IMG/VR virus record: IMGVR_UViG_3300017613_000718 | Coordinates: 1 to 50,202 of that record | DNA length: 50,202 nt | From: a virus | Direction: 5' to 3' (one strand) | In this document: positions 49,291-50,202 of the stretch, piece after piece | Layout: every line of letters begins with the position of its first letter | Numbering within the stretch: the first letter of the stretch is position 1 | Position numbers and translations under genes: made by a program | Notes under the pieces: model-generated | What the model saw: the letters and a program-made list of their open reading frames with translations, nothing else | Told to the model about the DNA's origin: nothing | Databases searched by the model: none

Positions 49291-49671
49291 ATGAATAAGA
49301 ACGCAATAAGAATAACCGCAAGCGCCGTTGTTGTCGGCATCATGCTTTTGGCGTTGGTGCTTTGGGGCCTTCCCGTCTACAAAGTGTGGGCGTCAGGTCT
49401 TGGAGGACAAGCCAAACTCAAACGCGCTGAGCAAGAAAAGCTGATCATGATAGAGCATGCCAAAGCTGAAGTCGCATCCGCTAAGCTCAGAGCTGAAGCC
49501 ATCGCAGTCGTAGGTGATGCAGTACAGCAGTACCCTGAATACCGGCTACAAGAATTCATCGGAGCCTTCGGGGATGCCATGGAGAATGGAGCGATTCAAA
49601 AGATCATCTACGTGCCCACTGAAGCAAACATTCCCATTGTTGAGGCTGGCCGTATAGGCAGTGAGAGGTGA
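49291..49671 (+). CDS. membrane-anchored protein with SPFH/band-7 C-terminal-like helical region (126 aa)
   Basis: ATG 49291 is preceded by GGAGATACGCAC. TM segment ASAVVVGIMLLALVLWGL followed by AKLKRAEQEKLIMIEHAKAEVASAKLRAEA...KIIYVP. Confidence 0.5.
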   Translation: MNKNAIRITASAVVVGIMLLALVLWGLPVYKVWASGLGGQAKLKRAEQEKLIMIEHAKAEVASAKLRAEAIAVVGDAVQQYPEYRLQEFIGAFGDAMENGAIQKIIYVPTEANIPIVEAGRIGSER

Positions 49672-49675
49672 CGCC

Positions 49676-50202
49676 ATGCCAGCAACACATTTCATACATC
49701 CAATCACCGGTGACCGAGTCCCGTTCGATTACTTCGATACCGATCGATCAGGCCCCAAAGGTCGCCATTCATGCCAGCCCTGGCTTGCGAGATTCATAGC
49801 TGAAGGCATCGCTAATGATGTCCGACATGCTGGGCTGGACCTCACCACCACACGCACGATGGGGTGCCCTCGACAGACATTCATCGAGGTCACTTATGAT
49901 TATGGGATCAACCCACGAGAGTCATTCGCTATGCGTCGGGGCACTGCGATGCACGCCGTGTCAACCCGGTATTGGAGCCCCGAACACTTCATCACCGAGC
50001 ATGGCGAAGGACGTGCGCTCTGCACACTACCAGGCCAACTCTTTGGAGTACCCATCAGTGGGCAGGTCGATGTCATGCGGATCGAGCCCGGCACCAAACG
50101 TGTCACCGAGATCCTCGACAGCAAGTTCCCATGCGACTTCAGCGTGAACTTCCGTGGCCAACGTGGCGGGGAAGCGAAGGTGAACGACGAGATCCAGCTC
50201 AA
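49676..50202 (+). CDS. Cas4/RecB-family PD-(D/E)XK exonuclease, N-terminal part (runs off the window end and continues at 122-542)
   Basis: ATG at 49676 with no stop before the window end. The TMGCPRQTF motif matches the Cas4-type N-terminal Cys (CPR). The frame matches ORF 63..542 once the 121-bp overlap is merged. Confidence 0.75.
   Translation, partial: MPATHFIHPITGDRVPFDYFDTDRSGPKGRHSCQPWLARFIAEGIANDVRHAGLDLTTTRTMGCPRQTFIEVTYDYGINPRESFAMRRGTAMHAVSTRYWSPEHFITEHGEGRALCTLPGQLFGVPISGQVDVMRIEPGTKRVTEILDSKFPCDFSVNFRGQRGGEAKVNDEIQL
50082..50202. repeat. terminal direct repeat copy 2 (identical to 1-121)
   Basis: The string tcgagcccggcaccaaacgtgtcaccgag...gatccagctcaa occurs at both ends. Confidence 0.97.

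Noticed and set aside
1-50202. A lysogeny module, a DGR/reverse transcriptase, toxin-antitoxin or other defence cassettes, and phage RNA polymerase.
   Set aside because: I saw no integrase (R..H..R..Y), CI/Cro-like pair, RT (YxDD) or single-subunit RNAP-sized ORF in any frame. These are absence calls made by eye only and should be confirmed with HMM searches.

Overview
This window is a complete tailed dsDNA phage genome that closes on itself. Bases 1-121 are repeated exactly at 50082-50202, giving a unit length of about 50,081 bp, and one ORF (a Cas4-like nuclease) reads through the junction.

Gene content looks podovirus-like. I recognised no tape-measure, tube or sheath genes. There is a run of three internal-virion or ejection-type proteins of 255, 631 and 1812 aa.

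The genome has two arms that diverge from a 0.93-kb non-coding control region (38987-39917). That region holds a 16-bp iteron array, inverted repeats, a G6/C6 hairpin and sigma70-type promoters.
- The minus-strand late arm (38929 down to 11301) encodes, in order: TerS-like protein, a sigma-region-4-like HTH protein, TerL, portal, a GroES-like protein, scaffold, major capsid, decoration protein, three tandem paralogs, a PhoD-like phosphatase, CBM-type and C1q-type fibre proteins, nozzle-like protein, two GNAT-like paralogs and the ejection proteins.
- The plus-strand arm (39918 through the junction to 11304) encodes many small Zn-ribbon and membrane proteins, an HNH-like protein, a lysis cassette, a LAGLIDADG-like protein, a Sak4-like ATPase, a DUF669-like SSB, the Cas4-like nuclease, a split family-A DNA polymerase and a DUF3987-like NTPase.
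- The two arms meet with overlapping stop codons (CTAG at 11301-11304) and no terminator.

The most unusual points are:
- The polA gene is cut exactly in front of motif A into two ORFs 5.1 kb apart. The gap is filled by about 17 small ORFs with repeated boundary sequences.
- A PhoD-like metallophosphatase sits inside the tail-fibre module.
- Duplicated structural and GNAT-like cassettes are present.
- A 16-bp motif is reused in the control region and at 48.9 kb.

I recognised no tRNA, CRISPR array, integrase, RNA polymerase or primase. All homology calls are by-eye motif recognition and need HMM or structure searches.
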